Source: Iphione sp. A-MEVVRFRX5
Taxonomy: Eukaryota
Assembly (NCBI GenBank): GCA_976226885.1
Contig: OZ320313.1
Coordinates: 83,514,001 to 83,578,000 of the forward strand
Length of the DNA stretch: 64,000 nucleotides
Reading direction: 5' to 3'
In this document: positions 62,083-64,000 of the stretch, piece after piece
Layout of the letters: each line of letters starts with the position of its first letter
Position numbering within the stretch: position 1 is the first letter of the stretch
Program-made: the position numbers and the translations under genes
The notes under the pieces: model-generated
The model's input: only the letters and a program-made list of their open reading frames with translations
Databases searched by the model: none
Told to the model about the DNA's origin: nothing

Positions 62083-63088
62083 TTCTAACACTCGCGCCGT
62101 GATCGTCGTCTATAGGCACAGTGGACCAAAGGAGGGCTTTGGTCTTGAGACCATAAAATGTTCCAATATAACACTAATCTGTATAGATTTAAATAATTTA
62201 AAATTGAAACTGGTCAAATTTTGTTAAATTATTGTTTAGATCATATCCAATCCAGGAAAAACACTAATCTGATTTGACTTATGCCAAGCTGTAGTTTTGT
62301 TTTTACTTGAATATTGATTTTTACATGTATAAAGTACTAAATTAAATACAGAATATTATGCTCTTTGTTAGAATGGCAGTTAAATGCGTTTTTTGACTCT
62401 TGTCATCAGGATTAAGCCCCTTGGCCTGGGGCCTATCAGCCCTCTACCTTGGGGCTTAATCCTGATGACAACAATCAAAAAACACACTTAACTGCTTCGT
62501 TTATCCACGTTGCCCAAGACCGCAGGTCTAAGGCATAAGTGGATAAACTAACAACTTTTCAAGAATGCATACTTAAATGTGGTTCTACCAATGATACGAG
62601 AGAGAAATGGATGAAATAGAAATGTTACTGAACTAAGCCCATTCTTGTTCATCTTAAGTTCTAACACTCGCGCTGTGATCGTCGCCTATAGGCGCAGTGG
62701 ACTAAAGGAGGGTTTTGGTCTTGAGACCAAAAAACATTCCAAAATAGTGAAACTGTAAAAAGTGTTTTATTATTTCTAAAATTACAGATTTGATATTTAT
62801 TTGACTCTAAACTGAAATGTGATTATCATTTCTTTTAGTTAAAATGTTGGTTTAGTGTGTTTTCTGATCTCACCAAAGCCCAGTGGTAGTTTTGTATTTA
62901 TTATAATAATGATTTTTCACATATAAAACACTGAAATGAAAAAAAATTATAATTCTTGTTGTTAGAACAGCGGTTAAATTCACTTTTTGCTTGCAGCCAT
63001 CAGGATTAAGCCCCGAATTCAAGGGCCGATAGGCCCAAGGCTGAGGGGTTAATCCTGATGGCTGCAAGCAAAAAGTGAATTTAACCGC
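62083..63088. repeat. Two related units about 580 bp apart, each an 85-bp block followed by a 120-bp palindrome
   Basis: Block at about 62083-62165 and 62660-62742; palindromes at 62376-62495 and 62970-63088. Confidence 0.8.
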
Positions 63089-63686
63089 TTTGACAAAAAC
63101 ACACTCAACAACATCCATTTTAGTTATCTACGTTTCAAACAAAGAATTTGATTGGCTGATAAATATCACCTTTCATGTCAGATGACCTTCATACGTCTTG
63201 TTGACATGAAAATTAAAGATGGCATATTGTATTTCAGAAGTGATATGAATATAATTTATACTCAAACTGCATTTAGCATTATTTTGTTCAGATGTTGGCA
63301 GCATTTATAAGCCATTTTGGTCTGTACATTGATCCTATTATCCTATTATCCTCCCAAACTTTCGAGTCAAGTCGTCAAGTGGCCGCCATTTTGATTTGTT
63401 CAAGCCAATGACGTTTCACCTTATACTACTACCCATGAATATGTCCTCTGACAACCACATGGCTAGAACAATTGTTTCTATGGGACAATTCCCTGAAATC
63501 GCCACAAGAGTGGTAGAACATGAGAGTTCAAATGTTATTTGTTCTTCGAAAACAAAACTCTACAAAATTTCAAATTTATATCAAGACAACATTTATTGAC
63601 ATATATTTATACAATATGTATCTTTTTGCAAGTATACTTGTAGTTCACAGAAGTAATTCATGTGCTAATAACGATGGCAATTTCAC

Positions 63687-64000
63687 TTAGACACCCAAGT
63701 TAAATGTCAAGGTACAATTTTGTAAGTTTGTTGTACCTGAGAATACAGTATGAAGGATATTTTCACAAGATACATTCAATTGCGTCATGGTTACCTGTTC
63801 ATGCGTTTGGCCCAAATTGACATTTGCAAGCAACATTTCTTGACTTGAAGTATCGGATTGAACATTTTGCGCACTTTTGGCTATGGCGCGTACATCTTTT
63901 GGGTTTTCACTATAACCTCCATCAGACTTATGCCCTGTTACCGATTGTATGTTAGCCGCAGAAAATCCAGTACTGTCCAATACAGTTAAGACTGTGCGTC
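63687..64000 (-). mobile_element. Crypton-like tyrosine recombinase C-terminal fragment, continuing beyond the window
   Basis: RTVLTVLDSTGFSAANIQSVTGHKSDGGY resembles the Crypton/DUF3504-type motif RAT.it.L...g....I..vtGHks..sl..Y. Spacing to the Tyr is shortened, so it is probably inactive. Confidence 0.6.

Overview
Eukaryotic (metazoan, probably invertebrate) genomic DNA, not prokaryotic: spliced genes, microsatellites and many transposon relics. Two complete genes can be assembled exon by exon with consistent splice phases. CCDC77 is on the minus strand (9 coding exons, 505 aa, 11132->3091). KDM5/JARID1 histone H3K4 demethylase is on the plus strand (29 coding exons plus a candidate 21-nt microexon, about 1871 aa, 19113->48177) with JmjN, ARID, PHD1, JmjC, C5HC2, PLU-1, PHD2 and PHD3. 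The two are head-to-head, the same arrangement as human KDM5A-CCDC77. The last two exons of an unidentified plus-strand gene probably end tail-to-tail with CCDC77. Introns and the 3' 15 kb hold a decayed DIRS tyrosine-recombinase retrotransposon carrying stacked minisatellites, a 1-kb element with inverted terminal repeats, HINE/Helentron-like repeats, several MITEs (one triple-nested stack), Penelope, Gypsy and Ngaro-like relics, and a Crypton-like recombinase fragment. Most notable: the conserved divergent gene pair, a duplicated decoy exon and a GC-AG intron in CCDC77, the KDM5 microexon, a long acidic tail after PHD3, a miRNA-like intronic hairpin, covarying hairpins in repeats, and palindromes whose spacer is flipped between copies. 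All calls were made by eye with no database searches. No tRNA, rRNA or CRISPR array was seen.
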